DNA of 63,494 nucleotides, filler included, from Dugesia japonica (taxonomy: Eukaryota), in assembly GCA_001938525.1 (NCBI GenBank). It is 6 parts of 6 records of this genome, joined end to end, with 100 filler letters (N's around TTAATTAATTAA, not from the genome) between each part and the next. Parts side by side here need not be neighbours in the genome. Positions count along the whole stretch, not along the records: positions 21,564 to 31,678 come from MQRL01545693.1; positions 31,779 to 40,697 come from MQRL01487418.1; 4 more parts are not named here. One strand, given 5' to 3'. Of this stretch, positions 25,820 to 39,517 are shown piece by piece. Position 1 is the stretch's first letter; every line of letters starts with the position of its first letter. The translations under genes were made by a program, and so were the position numbers. Under the pieces are notes generated by a model. It made no database searches. It was not told the DNA's origin and saw only the letters and a list, made by a program, of their open reading frames with translations.

Positions 25820-26170
25820 GAGTATTTAAACATGAAAAATACTCGCTACCAAGAACTCTTAAATATACAACTCTCACTATCATCAAATATTAGCATACAA
25901 AATACTCGCTATCATAAAGTATTAACATGTACAATACTCACTATCAACAGCTATATCAACACAATTCTCGCTACCAAGAGTTATTCCCAATATTATTATA
26001 ATACTAATAATATTATTATAATACTCACTATCATCAAGTCTTAACATGCAAACAGTACAATTTTTGCTTTCATCAAGTCTTAATACATAATACTCGTTAC
26101 CAACAGCTCTTATCAGATTCAATACTCACTATCATTAGGTATTAACATACACAATACTCGGTATCATCAT
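25820..26170. repeat. Diverged ~29-bp minisatellite
   Basis: Recurring aatactc(g/a)cta(c/t)ca unit. Confidence 0.75.
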
Positions 26171-29022
26171 TTACATATTGATCACTCAGTTAATGGTTTA
26201 ATCTTTACATCAATTATTCCATTAAGTCAGGTCTAATCTTAACCCTAAATCTATACTTTACAACCAATAAACCCAAGTAACCGGTTAATTATACACATAT
26301 TTTCTCTTAATATAGAAAATTCCTTTGAAAATAGACACTCTAATAAAAAAATTTACCCATTGATTATCTACTTGTAACATATAATTTTAATCAACCATTA
26401 GAAATGATGATCATCTAAAAATTCTCTACCGAATAGACTAGTTTATAATAAAATTCGAGAACAAAATACTTTTTGAAAAAATTAATTTTAGCCAAAATGA
26501 TTCTGAGGTCATTCTGAATCGATTCATGAAAAATCTCGACAAAATTGTTTTTCAATTTTTTTTCAAATTTTGGATTGTTCTCACGGAGTCCTATCGATAT
26601 TTGAATTCCAGAAAATATGTTATTTCAAATGCATCCATTAATGGTTTTAACGGAAGATGATTTAAGAGAACGGAAAATAATTTTCCACAAAGTTCTAAAC
26701 GATGATGAGCGAGCAAAGAAAAAGAACATGTCAGAGCTAATTGTCCAAATGTAAAATGTTTCCAATGTTTCCATATTAACCTGGACATTTTAAACATCAA
26801 TACTATGAGATTCAGGATATAAAAAGAAATTATCGTCAATACAATTTTGCTGCATACAATGAACATTCAGATGATTTGATGACAAATGATGACAGACCTA
26901 TGACAGATCAATTCGCAAAAGCCAAAGCCCTTCCAAGAGAAAAAGTTATCGGGGCGATTCATTAAAAATGTAATATTCGATTTGAGCAATAAATGTATGA
27001 TATTGAATTGCTTGAAAATAATTTTTTTGATGATGTATTTTTGTGTGATGATGTTATTCTTGATATAATTGTTGATAATAAAAATAACTTTGTAAATAAT
27101 AAAAATAATTATAGAAGCAATTATAATTATGACGATAATAATAATTTATCAATTATTAATAGTTTTGATAAAGAAATTTATGAAAACTATAATACTGTAG
27201 ATAGTCGACCTATGATAAATTTAAAAATTAATAATATTGTTACATCATGTTTACTTGATACTAGAGCTCCAATGAGTGTTATTACATATGAATTATTAAA
27301 AAGAATAGGAAATGTTTCAATAATTGATTCTAATATAAATATCAAATGTTCAAATAATAGTTCTTTAAAAATTAGAAATTGAAAATATTAAAAATAAAAT
27401 GATATTGACGATTTAAGAAAAATATGAAAGTATTATAATGAAATATAAATGGGATNTTGGAAAAACTAATATTGTAAAACATGAAATAATAACAAATAGT
27501 AAACCAATTGCAATTAATCCTAGGCGTCAACCTTATCATTTAATAGATAAAATTGAGAAAAATTTTAAAGAAATGGAAATAAATGGAATTATTAGTAAAT
27601 GTGACTCCCCTTAGAATGCTCCTGTGGTTTGCGTATAAAAACAAGACAATGATGAAATACGACTTTGCTTAGATTATAGATTGTTAAATGAAGTTACAGA
27701 AAGACCAATTTTTCCTATTCCAAATACTGAGGAAGTGATAGATATTTTATATGGAGCCAAATATTTTACTAGTATAGATTTGGTTACTATCAAGTAGAAT
27801 TAACAGATAACTCAAAATGTAAAACTGCATTTTCGACAAAAGACGCACAATATTTTTTAATAGAATGCCCTTTGGAATTGCAGCTGCTCTTGATAATTTT
27901 CAGAAATTGATGAATAACGTTTTAGGTCCCTTAAAAGGGAAGAAAGCAGTTGTTTACTTAGATGATGTTTCAATTTTTTCTGAAACTATTTAAAAAACCT
28001 TTAAGAGAATTGATGTTTTGAAACGTATAAAAGAAGCCGGTTTAAAATTAAGTCCATCTAAATGTCATTTCATGAAAACCGAGATAAAATTTCTGGGTCA
28101 TATAATTAATTCAAAAGAAATTCATACTTATAATAAAAAATTGAAGCAATTTTTTAATTTGAAACCCCAAAATGTGTTAAAAAGTTGAGAAATTTTTTAG
28201 GCCTCGCAAATTATTATAGGAAATTTATAAAGGATTACACAAAGTATTCAAAATGTTTAGAAAATCTNNNNNNNNNNNNNNNNNNNNNNNNNNNNNNNNN
28301 NNNNNAGTGCGAAATTTCTTTTAAAAATTTGAAAGCTGAACTAATGAAAGCTCCAGTTTTAGCATTTCCAATTTTTCTAAAGAATTTATATTCAATATTG
28401 ATGCCAGCTTTGATAGAATATGTGTAGTTTTAAGTCAGATTTTTAACGATGGTGAAGAAAATGTTATTGCTTACGGATATAAAGCCATGAGTAAGCACAA
28501 GCTGGGCTATTACATTTGCCGATTGCTTATTTTACAGAGCATTTTGAACACTATCTGTATGGCAGAAATTTCAATTAAGAACTGATCATAAAGCATTAAC
28601 GTTTATGCTGAAGACTAAAAGACCAATAATACCACTATTTCAGACTTGGATCAACCATCTTAGCAGTTTGGATATTAAAATGAAATACAGAAAAGGTGAA
28701 AAATATCTTAATGCAGATGCTCTCTCAGGAAAAGATTGTGAAACATGTGTCCAATGCCAGACTATACATAAAGAACCAAAATCTGAAAAGTTAAAAACTA
28801 AAATATTTGCATAAATGTTACAAAATGATGGTTGTAAATGACAAGAAAGTTGTAAAAAATCGACGTTATTAAAGAGAACTTAAACTTTGAAAGAAATTAT
28901 AAATTTAAATTGATTGAAAAATATTTTTTATACAATTCACAATAAAATTTGGATCCCAAAAGAAATGAGAATCAAATTCATTGGTTATACTCATCAATTA
29001 TTATGTCATGCTGGATCGAAAA

Positions 29023-29312
29023 AAGGATTAAAAATTGAAAATCGCAATTTAAAGTTTGAAAAAAATGTTTCAAAAGATTTCAAGAATTTTTAAAAATATT
29101 TAAAGATTAAAAATTTAAAATCGCAATTTAAATTTTGAAGAAAATGTTATAAAAGATTTCAAGAATTTTTTAAAATATTTAAAATGTTTGTTTATATATT
29201 CAGCTTTTAAAAACATAGTTTTTTGGAAGATTTGAAGATTTGAAATTTTGTGTTATAAATTAAAATTTATTGAATTTAATGGACTTTTCAGAAAGTTTAT
29301 CAGTAACTAACA
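29023..29312 (+). mobile_element. Solo LTR of the 50437-50651 family nested in the gypsy integrase zinc finger
   Basis: Aligns with the reverse complement of 50437-50651, ends CTAACA, and carries an internal tandem duplication of ~60 bp. It sits between LCHAGSKK and DIIYETKQSCEKC. Confidence 0.85.
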
Positions 29313-30153
29313 GATATAATATATGAGACTAAACAAAGCTGTGAAAAATGTGAAAAATGAAAGACTGTAACTTCAAAAATAAAAGGAGACATAATTAAAA
29401 CGTTGCCTACATTATACATATTGATTTCTGTAGACTGTTTAAAACTGCTAGAAATAATAAAAAATATATATTAGCTATTAGAGATTAATTTAGCAAGTAT
29501 ATTTCATTAACATCGGTAATTGATCAAACTGAAAAAGATGTAGCGAATACATTAAAAATTCAGTAGATTTTGATATTCTGGGCACCAAAATTATTACTTG
29601 TGATAAAGGAAGATCTTTTGAATCGAAGATAATTGACAGAAAAACATGCAAAAGAGTTAAAATTCTTAAGTTCATATTATCATTATAGTAATGAACATAT
29701 CGAAAGACAATCTCGAACTATAAGAGATTCGATTCATACAACATTACAAGATAAAACAAATAAAGATTGGACAGATATACTCCCAGAAGTAGAATTTATG
29801 GTAAATTCTACTTATCAAAGCACATTAAAATTGAGCCAAGCGGAAATGGTTTTTGGAAAGAAAATTTCACAAGAATGGAATATTCATGAAACTGTAAAAG
29901 AGAAACACGGAAATAGAATAAAAAATTCCATTGATCAAGGTGAAATTAATCATAGCACGTATGGAACTACAAAAATACATTTTAAAATTGGAGACAAAGT
30001 TTTGGTAAATAATATCGCTGCTAATAAAGACAAAGATAGGTACGAAGGCCCAGGAATAATAATTAAATAAAGACATGATAGGAGTTATCACAATAAATTT
30101 GAAAATGGTTATCAGAAATAAAGAGTGGTTAAGAGCTTTAAAAGAGAGAGGGA

Positions 30154-30358
30154 TGTGAGAATATTTAACAGCATTATTAAAATTGCATGTTGCATAATTT
30201 ATATTTATATTTGAGTTCAAATATTTTGTATGTTGCATAACAGCTCAATGTTTGTTTGCTGATATGTTGATTGCACAAATCATAATTACTTATATATTTA
30301 TTCCTCCTTTTTAGATTGTCATTTAATAAATATTATGGTAATGAAACAGACTTCTAAA
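30154..30358 (+). repeat. 3' LTR of the 26.6-30.4 kb gypsy element
   Basis: Follows the PPT, starts TG, and is homologous to the solo LTR at 5688-5910. Confidence 0.8.
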
Positions 30359-30824
30359 AGACGCTTTATTAGAGATTGTTGTAAATATTGTTCGAGGAAA
30401 TGTAATTTTTAACAGTGATAAAAAGCTTATTTTAAAACATCATAAAAAGCCACTGCTTTAAATTTTTAAAACAAGGATTAAAAATTGATGATTAATTAAT
30501 AATAATTAAATTAATAAAGAAAAATAATCTACCAACCAAAGAATGGAATCATTGCTGCATTATGGCATTAGCAGCATTAAGATTAACAATTTTTTTTATA
30601 AAAAGTGGTTAATTTCGAGTCATTGTCACGAATTTATCTGAAATGTATATCAAACTGTTGTAATAAAAACAATATAGACAAATCCAAAACCTTCAGCAGT
30701 GTTCAAAGGAGTGAAAAAGTTATAGAAAGCAACAAAAAATCAAACCTCGAGACTATTGTGGTTATTGATCCAGTTAGCGTACAGTCTGAACAAGTTAACG
30801 TTGAAAATATTTCCGAAAATATCG

Positions 30825-31600
30825 TTAAAACATATGGAATTTATGATTTATGGCAAATATATTTGATGGAAACTATCCCATATTCAAGAATTAATTAAGA
30901 TTATAAGTATTTTTTAACATGTGTCGCCGTATTTAGTAAATCAGCAATTGCTGTACTTATTAAATCAAAGTCATCTAATGAAATGGAAGCTTCAATCAAG
31001 ATAATGCTTAAAGATGGCCATCCAGATAATTTACAAACTGATTTAGGAAAAGAATTTTATAATTTAAAAGTCAAGAATATTATTTATCATCCAAAAATTA
31101 ACCATAATTCTGTATTTTCGCATTACAAAGCAGCATAGGTTGAAATATTTATTCGATTATTAAGAATTGCATTAAAAAGTACTTTGTACAAACTGGTAAT
31201 TAGACATGGATTCATGAATTATAGAAAATAGTTGATAGTTATAATCATACTAGTCATAAAGGATGAAATGAAGCACGACCCATTGATGAATCATTTATCA
31301 ATTCAATGGCATTATGGTTAATGAAAAAAATGTAAAAATCTCAAAGATATCAGCTTCATCTTTCATCAAGTATTTCAGTAAAAATTGGATTGATGAATTA
31401 TTTCAAATATCAAAAATCAATACCAAGCAGAACCCAGTCATGTATGTGAATAAAGATCATGAAGAAAATATTATTGTTAGAAAATTCTGAGTAAGAATTA
31501 CAAGTTATATTTTCACCATTAGTAAAGAAAAGATTAAAGTCAAAAGGAACTGGTAATTATAAGAAATTATATGTAAAGTGGTGATGGGGTGAAACACCGG
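30825..31600 (+). mobile_element. Polinton/Maverick integrase pseudogene with a chromodomain-like tail
   Basis: YGIYDLWQIYLMETIPYSRIN*DYKYFLTCVAVFSK...PDNLQTDLGKEFYN...KAA*VE.F.R...IVDSYNHTSH...NWIDELFQI...PVMY..KD, then YVKW. Matches the Polinton integrase consensus (WQADL, IDVFSK, TD.GKEF, NWS.EIF). Confidence 0.85.
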
Positions 31601-31678
31601 ATTTAGACAAAGAGAATGGCGTAAGTAAGCACGAAATTCGAAAAATCTACATAAGAAAGGAAAATGAAGAAATCGGAC

Positions 31679-31778
31679 NNNNNNNNNNNNNNNNNNNNNN
31701 NNNNNNNNNNNNNNNNNNNNNNTTAATTAATTAANNNNNNNNNNNNNNNNNNNNNNNNNNNNNNNNNNNNNNNNNNNN
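31679..31778. other. Artificial contig linker
   Basis: 44 N + TTAATTAATTAA + 44 N. Confidence 0.95.
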
Positions 31779-33989
31779 AAAATTCAAATTGACAGAACAA
31801 TAGTAAATGAATTATCTTCCATTTATAATTTCAATGTTTATAAATTATATATTTAGCAATTATTCATCAAAAATGAATTAGGACATAAACAAAGAAGTCG
31901 ATGAAAAATATATTATTAACTTAATTTTAAAAATAATTTATGAGTATTTTTTTGGTATTTTAGAAAAATTTCAATGCTGAATTACGAAAAATGTTTCCTA
32001 ATTAACAATAATTATCATAATTCTCTTGGAATATTTCTATTCGAATTATAACAAATAAAAAAAGTAAAGGTTATTTTTATTTATTAGAAGGTTACAACCC
32101 CACAAGTCTCGCACTTGATCTTCATCTTTAATTAAATCTTTATAGTTTACTCCTGGGAAAAAATTATTCTATGAAAAATATTTCGTATGAATCTTTATAA
32201 ACTTTTCAGTTTATAGTTGTAAAATAAAATGGAAATTACAATTATATTGGGGTTTTATAATATTATAACTATATAATGTTTATATATAATGAAGACTTTT
32301 TTAAAAAAATTTTAAGTTGTACTCATGGCAGTCCTGGCCAACACGCGGACCGCCATGTTAAATTCTTTTCTGAAACTATAACTTTTTTTGTAAAAGAATT
32401 TTAATAAATGAAAATTGATGTTTTTTTGATATAATGTGGAAATTTTAATAGATGATTTTAATGTGATGTCTTATTACGAGCTGATTCTGAGCGCGAATAG
32501 TGAGAAAGCATCATCTTTTTTCTTAATTCATTTTAGATATGTTCTGCAGCACGATTATATTAATTTAACAGATTTNTTTTTGGCGTACTGTCATGCTCAG
32601 TGAGGTATCTTATTTTCTTAAAAGAAATTATAAAAATTTTTCACGTTAAAACATTTTTTCTAATGTAAATAAATTTAAAAATATATATTGATATAATTTT
32701 TTCTTTTAAAAATAATGAAAACTTTTTTTGATTTTGGATATTTATTACTAATTAAATTTTAGAAAAACATTTTTATTTAAAGTGAGGCNNNNNNNNNNNN
32801 NNNNNNNNNNNNNNNNNNNCGTGAAGCCATTTAGGCTGGCCAGGCTTGACTTCTGGTATCTAATTAGATCTGACTGTAAGCTTATATTTGTTTGGATATA
32901 TAAAACTGAGGGAATAATTTTCTGAGAAGTTTGTATAAAGATTTAATTAATTAAAAGAATTCTGACAAATGAAACAATATTACCATGATTGAATTCTTTT
33001 GAAAATGAAATGAGAAGAGTTTCTTGCCCAGTTAAATAACTATCAAAGGAATAGCTACCCTCAATCAAATTGCAACACTATGTAATCAGCCAGAAGTTTT
33101 CGAGAACTCAGGGTAGAGAGGAAAAAATATTCGAGTGACTTCAAAGAGGTTTCTTACTTATTTCATCTAATCAATCTCTCGCTTTGATCAAGCATATAAA
33201 AGCCTTTTGATTACATTGTTATTTTGATCTTTCTAGCTTTAATGGATAGAGGATCAATCCTATTCGTTTCAAATAAATTGTTAATCGAATGGGACGAGTA
33301 GATAGAAACTAAGTTTATTTTATATATCGACTCACATCTAATTATTTTTTCTAGTATTTAAAACCAAAGTTCGTGGAAAGTTTACGATTCAACTCTATAG
33401 ATAATATTGTTACGTAATATGAATGCTTACTAATTTTTCAAATAATATTTTTCGTAAAATATTTATCAAAAATCTCTATCATTATAATCATATGATAAAT
33501 TTATAAAACTTTCGTCTCCAAAAAAAACTTATAATTATAGTGTATGATAAATTATTTTCCATTGTTATGGACAATGTTTTGTTGAAGAGGTTAATTATAA
33601 ATTGAAACATAGTTATTATGATTGATATAAATAAACAGTTTAATGAGTCTCAACTAAGAAAATATATAGCGCTATCATATTTAAATGAAAAACGTTTATT
33701 AATATTAAAGTACCTTCCAAATCGTTTGTCGGTAATGCATCATTAAATTGTTTATGAAGAATCAATAATTTTTTTTCTTATTATTTATAATTTCCACTTT
33801 ATATATTTGTTTCAATTATTTTAAAATTAAAACACAAATATTTCAGTAATGTATCTTTGTAAAATACAGGAATAAACTATGTTTCATTTGGTTGTGAATA
33901 GGTGGATAGGAACGCACGGGGTCACCCTATCCAGGTTCAAAAGTTAAGAACTTGCTGCTAACACATTACCCTAAGAAGAATTATGTAGT

Positions 33990-34713
33990 ACACTGGAGGC
34001 TACTACAATTATATTTACAATTAATTGCTAATATTTCAAAGATCTAGAGAGCTGTAAGATTTACTCAAGAAAATATTTCTAAAGAATAAATCAATAATAA
34101 TACTCAGTTGAGATCATAAAGTATTACAAGTATACTACAAGTTGCTCAGCAATAGTCTTTACGTAAAATCGGTTAAAAAATTTAAGAANAAGATTGAAGT
34201 GCAGCTGAATAAAGAAACAATTTGTTTCGATCAACCTAGTTACATTGGGAAAGTAGTGCTGAATTTATTAAAGCTACGAATCTACCAGTTGCAGTACACC
34301 GAACTTTAAAAATATCGTAAAGAGAACTGCATAATAAACATAGTAGCTGGAGATAAAGATAGCTTCTTTTTGAAAGTTAAAAACATCAGGATAGAAAAAC
34401 TAAAAGTACTAATGGTACGTGATAATCTGTTGGGCACATCAAATTATAGTTCAGATCACCCAATTTATAGTAACAATTTAAATTCAATAGTAGACAAATT
34501 TAAGGATGAGAATAAAAGTAAAAAAATATAAAGAATAGATGTTCCTGAGACCGAAGTGTTTCAGTCTCATTAGTGAAAAGGAATCAATGAAGGCTAAGGG
34601 TGTAACATTAAAAGATACGGACATCAACCATAAGTCATATCTAGATTGTTACAACGATATTCAACCAGTCTCAGTAAACCAATTTAGGATTGGAACTAAC
34701 AACCATCAATTAT
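33990..34713 (+). mobile_element. polB: Polinton/Maverick protein-primed PolB C-terminal fragment
   Basis: YKLLSNSLYVK (motif B-like), FDQPSYIGKVVLNLLKLRIY, IVAGDKDSFF (motif C-like), GTSNYSSDHPIYS, KFKDE, FLRPKCFS, KAKGV, IGTNNHQL. Confidence 0.85.
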
Positions 34714-37700
34714 AGTTTTAATTTAAATTATTTATATTATTTCAGAAAGTCAAGAAGAATTTTCAATAAACTAATTGTCAATATTTTAATAAAGTTTTGC
34801 ATTGAAAGTGTTTATTGTAATTTAATTAAATGAAGAAAACAAATAAATCTAACAACAATAATGTCTAAAAATGAATTTAAATCATTAAATTATTTCAAAA
34901 AACTAAACCGATAAAAATTTGTATTAAAAACTTTTTTTTACATTTGTAAATAAACATTTTCTAAATAAATCTCTACAATTAAATTTTAAATTTGCATTTA
35001 TAAATTTATGCTAATAAACATTGATTTTAATAAAAATCTTATTACATTTAGTTTTAAAAACATTAAAAAATTTACGCTTTTCTAATAATACCTAATAGTT
35101 GTAATAATAGGGGGGAATCAATTATTTTCATTGGAAATTGTATTGATTACGACTATTTATGTCGTGTTGTTGTTACAGGTACAATTATTTCAAGATTAAC
35201 TTTTACACTTGAATATTTATCTTATTTCTTAATTTTAGAAAACATTTGCTTGATATAAAACAATTTCCAATTCAGAATATGAAAGAAATATAAATTATTG
35301 GAGTACATTATTGGTTAAATTCAAAACCTTACAACTCTCCATAAATTGTAATTATTATTACAAGTGTTTTTTGATAAAAATAAAAATTATGTCAAGAATA
35401 ATTCATAGTATTCAAACAAATAATATGAGAAATTTTTCAATAAAATAATTTAAAAATATCGACTTTTCATTTTATGGAATATTCTACTTTACATAATAAT
35501 TTCAAAAAAAAAATTAAAAATATCGATTTAATTTTATGAAATATTTTATTTTACATGTTTTAAAAATAAATTTCAATATTATAAATATAAAAATTAAAGA
35601 AAGATTTCTCAGATATTTAAATCTATGAATGATTCTTATATACATAACTGAGTAATAACAAAATCTAGGAAAGAATTTCATCAATATTTTAGATAAATAT
35701 TGCAATCTCGACGATACAAATTAAAAGAATTATATAAATAATTCTTTAGAATTTATTTAGATGTAATTTTTATGGAATTGAGAACTGGAAACTATGAGTG
35801 AGGAGATTAATTGTAATACAATACAAATCGGCAATATATTGTCTTTAACAAATCTCAACAACGCTGCTGTGATGGCGGCATTTAATAAAAATGTGAATTA
35901 ATATTTCATTTTAGAATAAATTATAGGAAATTAGCGAACACAACTGGAGACAAAATGTTACATTTCCCCTAATATTTCGTTTATTTATTTGCAAATCAAA
36001 AACATCATTGAAATATAATTCCATTACAGTTGAAAGAATTAAGATCTTTATTAAAATAAAAAACAATTTCTTTCAGAATTGGTTTACTGATAAATTTTAA
36101 TTACATCTTTTAATAAATTATGATAAAATATTAAATTTTATGATGAATATTTTTTAGAAAAATAAAAAAACTATTAAACCGATAAAATAAATAAATTGAT
36201 TAAACAATTAATTTGATAAATAAATCAATAGTAGGTAGATAGTATCGCACTGTATTTCCTCCCGCCCCCCCCCGACAAAGTGACATATAAATTATGGTGA
36301 CAGTAATCTTTGCAATTTTATTAGTCGATACATTTCAGTAGAAAAATTTTTCGAGTGAAAATAATAGCTTTTTAAAAGCGATAGTTCTTTAAAGTGAATC
36401 TTTATCTTGTAAATCACATTGCTTACCTTCCAGGAAACTATCCAAACTTCAAAAAAGTTAGTCTGTGATGCAAAATTGCAGTTATATGGAGGGTAATAAA
36501 GAGCTTTTTAATAAGATCCATTGAAATATAAATGTATTAGTTTCACCGTTTAATTGTTAGTTTATTCATCATGATTTACAGTTCATCAAAATAAGTATCT
36601 GCGAGTCAATCATTACTTGGTTCGCAGAACAATATGACAACCAAATGATGATCATTATCTTTGACTCAGATCTAACAAATACGTTAAACATTATTATTAT
36701 CACATATGATATCTTGTCGTTACATGTAACAATCTGGTGTAAAAATAGTTCTTTTTTGTCAAAAGAGCAATATTTATTGATTTATTTATCAGTATATTGA
36801 TTTATCAATTTATTTATCAACAAGAGAGTTGATTTCTGTGATTTTTGTGTAACAAGTGTGAAACCAAATTCTTAATTATTTTTGAATCTTAACAATGTGA
36901 AACAAATTGATTCAAACCAAAATTTGTTGCCAAATTAGATGAAAACTGAGATAAGATTCATTTCTACGATTGCTATTAATTCTACATAATTGCTCTTTGT
37001 CTCAGGTTAACTTCGTGATTCATATTTATAGATAATATTTTTGTAATAGAAACGATTGAAGCAAAATCTATAAAAAATATATTTAGTTACTAAATTTTGG
37101 ACAAGTTAACTGTGATCTTCAGGCATAATTTTTTAATCAATAATGTATATATATTTATGTTAGAATTCTGATTTTCTAATCAATTATACTCAATTAAATT
37201 ATTAATATTAATAATTGATAGACAAGTAATACTGTGTTCAACCTATTATTTCGACTACTCACTCGATGGCATTTCTACATTCTTCTACAAATGTGTAAAT
37301 CTCTCCAATTTACGTATCATTACACCGATTACACTCATTTTAGAAACAAGATTAGAACACAATCCATATGGTTTCTTAGACTTATTACTAAATATATTTA
37401 TGATTCTATAAGACTGAAAAAAAAATTGTGATTTAAAAATATCATTTTTATTTTAATTAGATTTGCAAATAATAAGTTACTGTTAGAAATTCAAAAAACC
37501 CGTATAAAAACAATACTAATAAATCAGCAAATTATGACTCATGTCAAAAATGTTGCTTTAAATCGTATCATATCACGAAAGGTGCTGCAATGATCCAATT
37601 TATTCAATAATACTATGAATCGCATAAATCAACGCCAAGTATTTATGCATAATTAATCAACCAAATCTGATAAACTGAATCTACAATTAAGTCGTATCAA

Positions 37701-38399
37701 GATCACATTTGATCAATAAATGTGCTGAATAAATGTGCTAAATATATGTGAATTAATATTTCATTTTAGAATAAATTGAAATATCTGTTAAATTGACAAA
37801 AGAGAATTTAAATTTCTGTCAACCTAAATTTAACTGTAGAATAAAATGAAGTTAGCTACTAAATTTTATCAACAGCTATTGAATAATCAACCGCTATAAT
37901 AATTGTTACTTACTAATTTCACTGTCGCTTAATAGCACACAACTCATCTAACTTTCTATTGTTTTATTTTGGTCTATGTTGTAATCCATTTAATTAATGA
38001 AAACAAAACAATTAAGAAAGTAAAATAAACGGTGATGTGTTTGTGTGTTTACTTGAAGGAATAAAATTCTATTCAATTTCCGGTAAAAAGTTCCAGTTGA
38101 GAGAATCTAAGTTGAAATGTGATCCGTTACCATTATATTACCATATAATATTGACAATCCAATTATAAATTATAATAAACGAGTTGCCTGAAAAGTTTTT
38201 TTTCTCCATATGAAAATTACTATTCTTTTATTATAGAAATGTGACATTTCTAAGCATACATAATCAAAATATTGAATAATTAATTCAAATTTAAATGTAA
38301 TCAGACTTAAAATGAATAAATATTTGTAAAATTTCTTTTTAATAAAATAAAATAAAGAATAATATTTTAAAAAATGGATAATTTCAACAAAGTATTCAA

Positions 38400-38480
38400 T
38401 CAAAATGTTGTTTTATTATTTCATTTTGTTTTTGGTAGTTATCCGAATGTTTGACTATTGTCTTCAGAAATTTAACTTTT
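38400..38480 (-). repeat. Fold-back family fragment with a degenerate hammerhead core
   Basis: Minus strand reads aatttCTGAAGAcaatagtcaaacattcggataactaccaaaaac. Confidence 0.5.
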
Positions 38481-38754
38481 TAATTGATTTCATCAATTTT
38501 TAGAAAATTTTATAAAATTGTTTGCATTTTATTGAAATTTTATTGGATAATTTTAATTTAANNNNNNNNNNNNNNNNNNNNNNNNNNNNNNNNNNNNNNN
38601 NNNNNNNNNNNNNNNNNNAAGATCTATGAAATATGGAGAGCAATGATTTGTCAGAAATGTATATTAAGGGATATTACCAAATAGTATCTCTAAAAGACTA
38701 GAAAGGTTATTGATTCATTCATATTTTTTCAGAACAATATCTAAATAAAACAAG

Positions 38755-38970
38755 TTTTTGATAATAATTCTATATATTGACTTTGTCTGCGTTAGGAATT
38801 GACTTTTTTTGTCTAAAAAAAGTCAATTCCTAACGAAGACAAAGTCGAAATATAGAATTATTATCAAAAACCAAAAAGTAAATTTTGATCGAAGCTTTTA
38901 TTTTAATGAATTCTAAAAAACGATCCATGGTTATGTCCAATAATTATTCTCGCAATAATTGCAATTGTAA
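38755..38970. repeat. Fold-back family: ~56-bp near-perfect hairpin made of two head-to-head hammerhead-like units
   Basis: 38755-38810 is the near reverse complement of 38815-38870. The plus arm reads aattc-CTAACGA-a-gac-aaa-gtc-GAAA-tata-gaatt, and the family tail continues to 38970. Confidence 0.75.
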
Positions 38971-39183
38971 AAAAATAAGTTTAATTTAAAAACGAATTTT
39001 ATGCATCATCTAAATATGCAATATCGTTCTAATAGTAATTTTTATCAAGAATAAAATTATTTTTAAGGATTATTTCTTAATTTGAGATAGTTCACGCCTC
39101 AGAATTTTTCTTACCATATACTACAACTTTAGCTATAGATTTTACTATTAATGATACTATTTGGCTCGTGATATTATTAAGAT

Positions 39184-39517
39184 CAGTGTTCCGAAAACTA
39201 GGGTGTTTCTGCCACATGCAACCGAAATGCGCCTTTATGTGGCCGATGGAAAACTCTTTATGCGTGTCTAGTATGCAGCCGATAAAGACTGCATACGATT
39301 ACTGCTAAGTTGGAAGTAACTTTGACGCTCTATTTTTATTATCTTGGAAATCTATTAGTATTTATGCATAATTATAGTGAGACATTGAAATTTATTCTGT
39401 CATAATCAGGTCATCAATAAAAAATCTCAATTTCTGTAAATCTCAAATAGTTGTGGCCGGTCATAGCTTGTCATTTTTTAGTGTGGCCTTTGAAGAACTT
39501 AAGTTAGTGGAACACTG
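39184..39517. mobile_element. Non-autonomous hAT element (MITE)
   Basis: TIRs CAGTGTTCC / GGAACACTG; 8-bp flanks attaagat and atttagat match at 7 of 8 positions (TSD). Confidence 0.8.

Larger units (their letters stand above)
26590..30358 (+). mobile_element. Near full-length decayed Ty3/gypsy element (gag C-terminus, protease, RT, RNase H, integrase, PPT, 3' LTR)
   Basis: Zinc-knuckle remnants EHVRANCPNVKCFQC; protease RPMINLKINN..SCLLDTRA; RT RLCLDYRLLNEVT, RMPFGI, VYLDDV, FLGHII; RNase H NFLGLANYYRKFI, APVLAFP, RTDHKALTF; integrase HQLLCHAG..CEKC, IERQSRTI, RYEGPG. Purine tract aaagagagaggga, then TGTGAG LTR start at 30154. No 5' LTR seen. Confidence 0.92.

Noticed and set aside
25275-26170. 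~29-32-bp periodic repeats as a possible CRISPR array, and ORF 25679-26044
   Set aside because: Units are degenerate and head-to-tail with no unique spacers, there are no cas genes, and the context is eukaryotic. The ORF is a by-product of the minisatellite.
35794-35892. Short possible exon MSEEINCN...AFNKN ending at a GT
   Set aside because: Too short, no recognisable homology and no partner exon.
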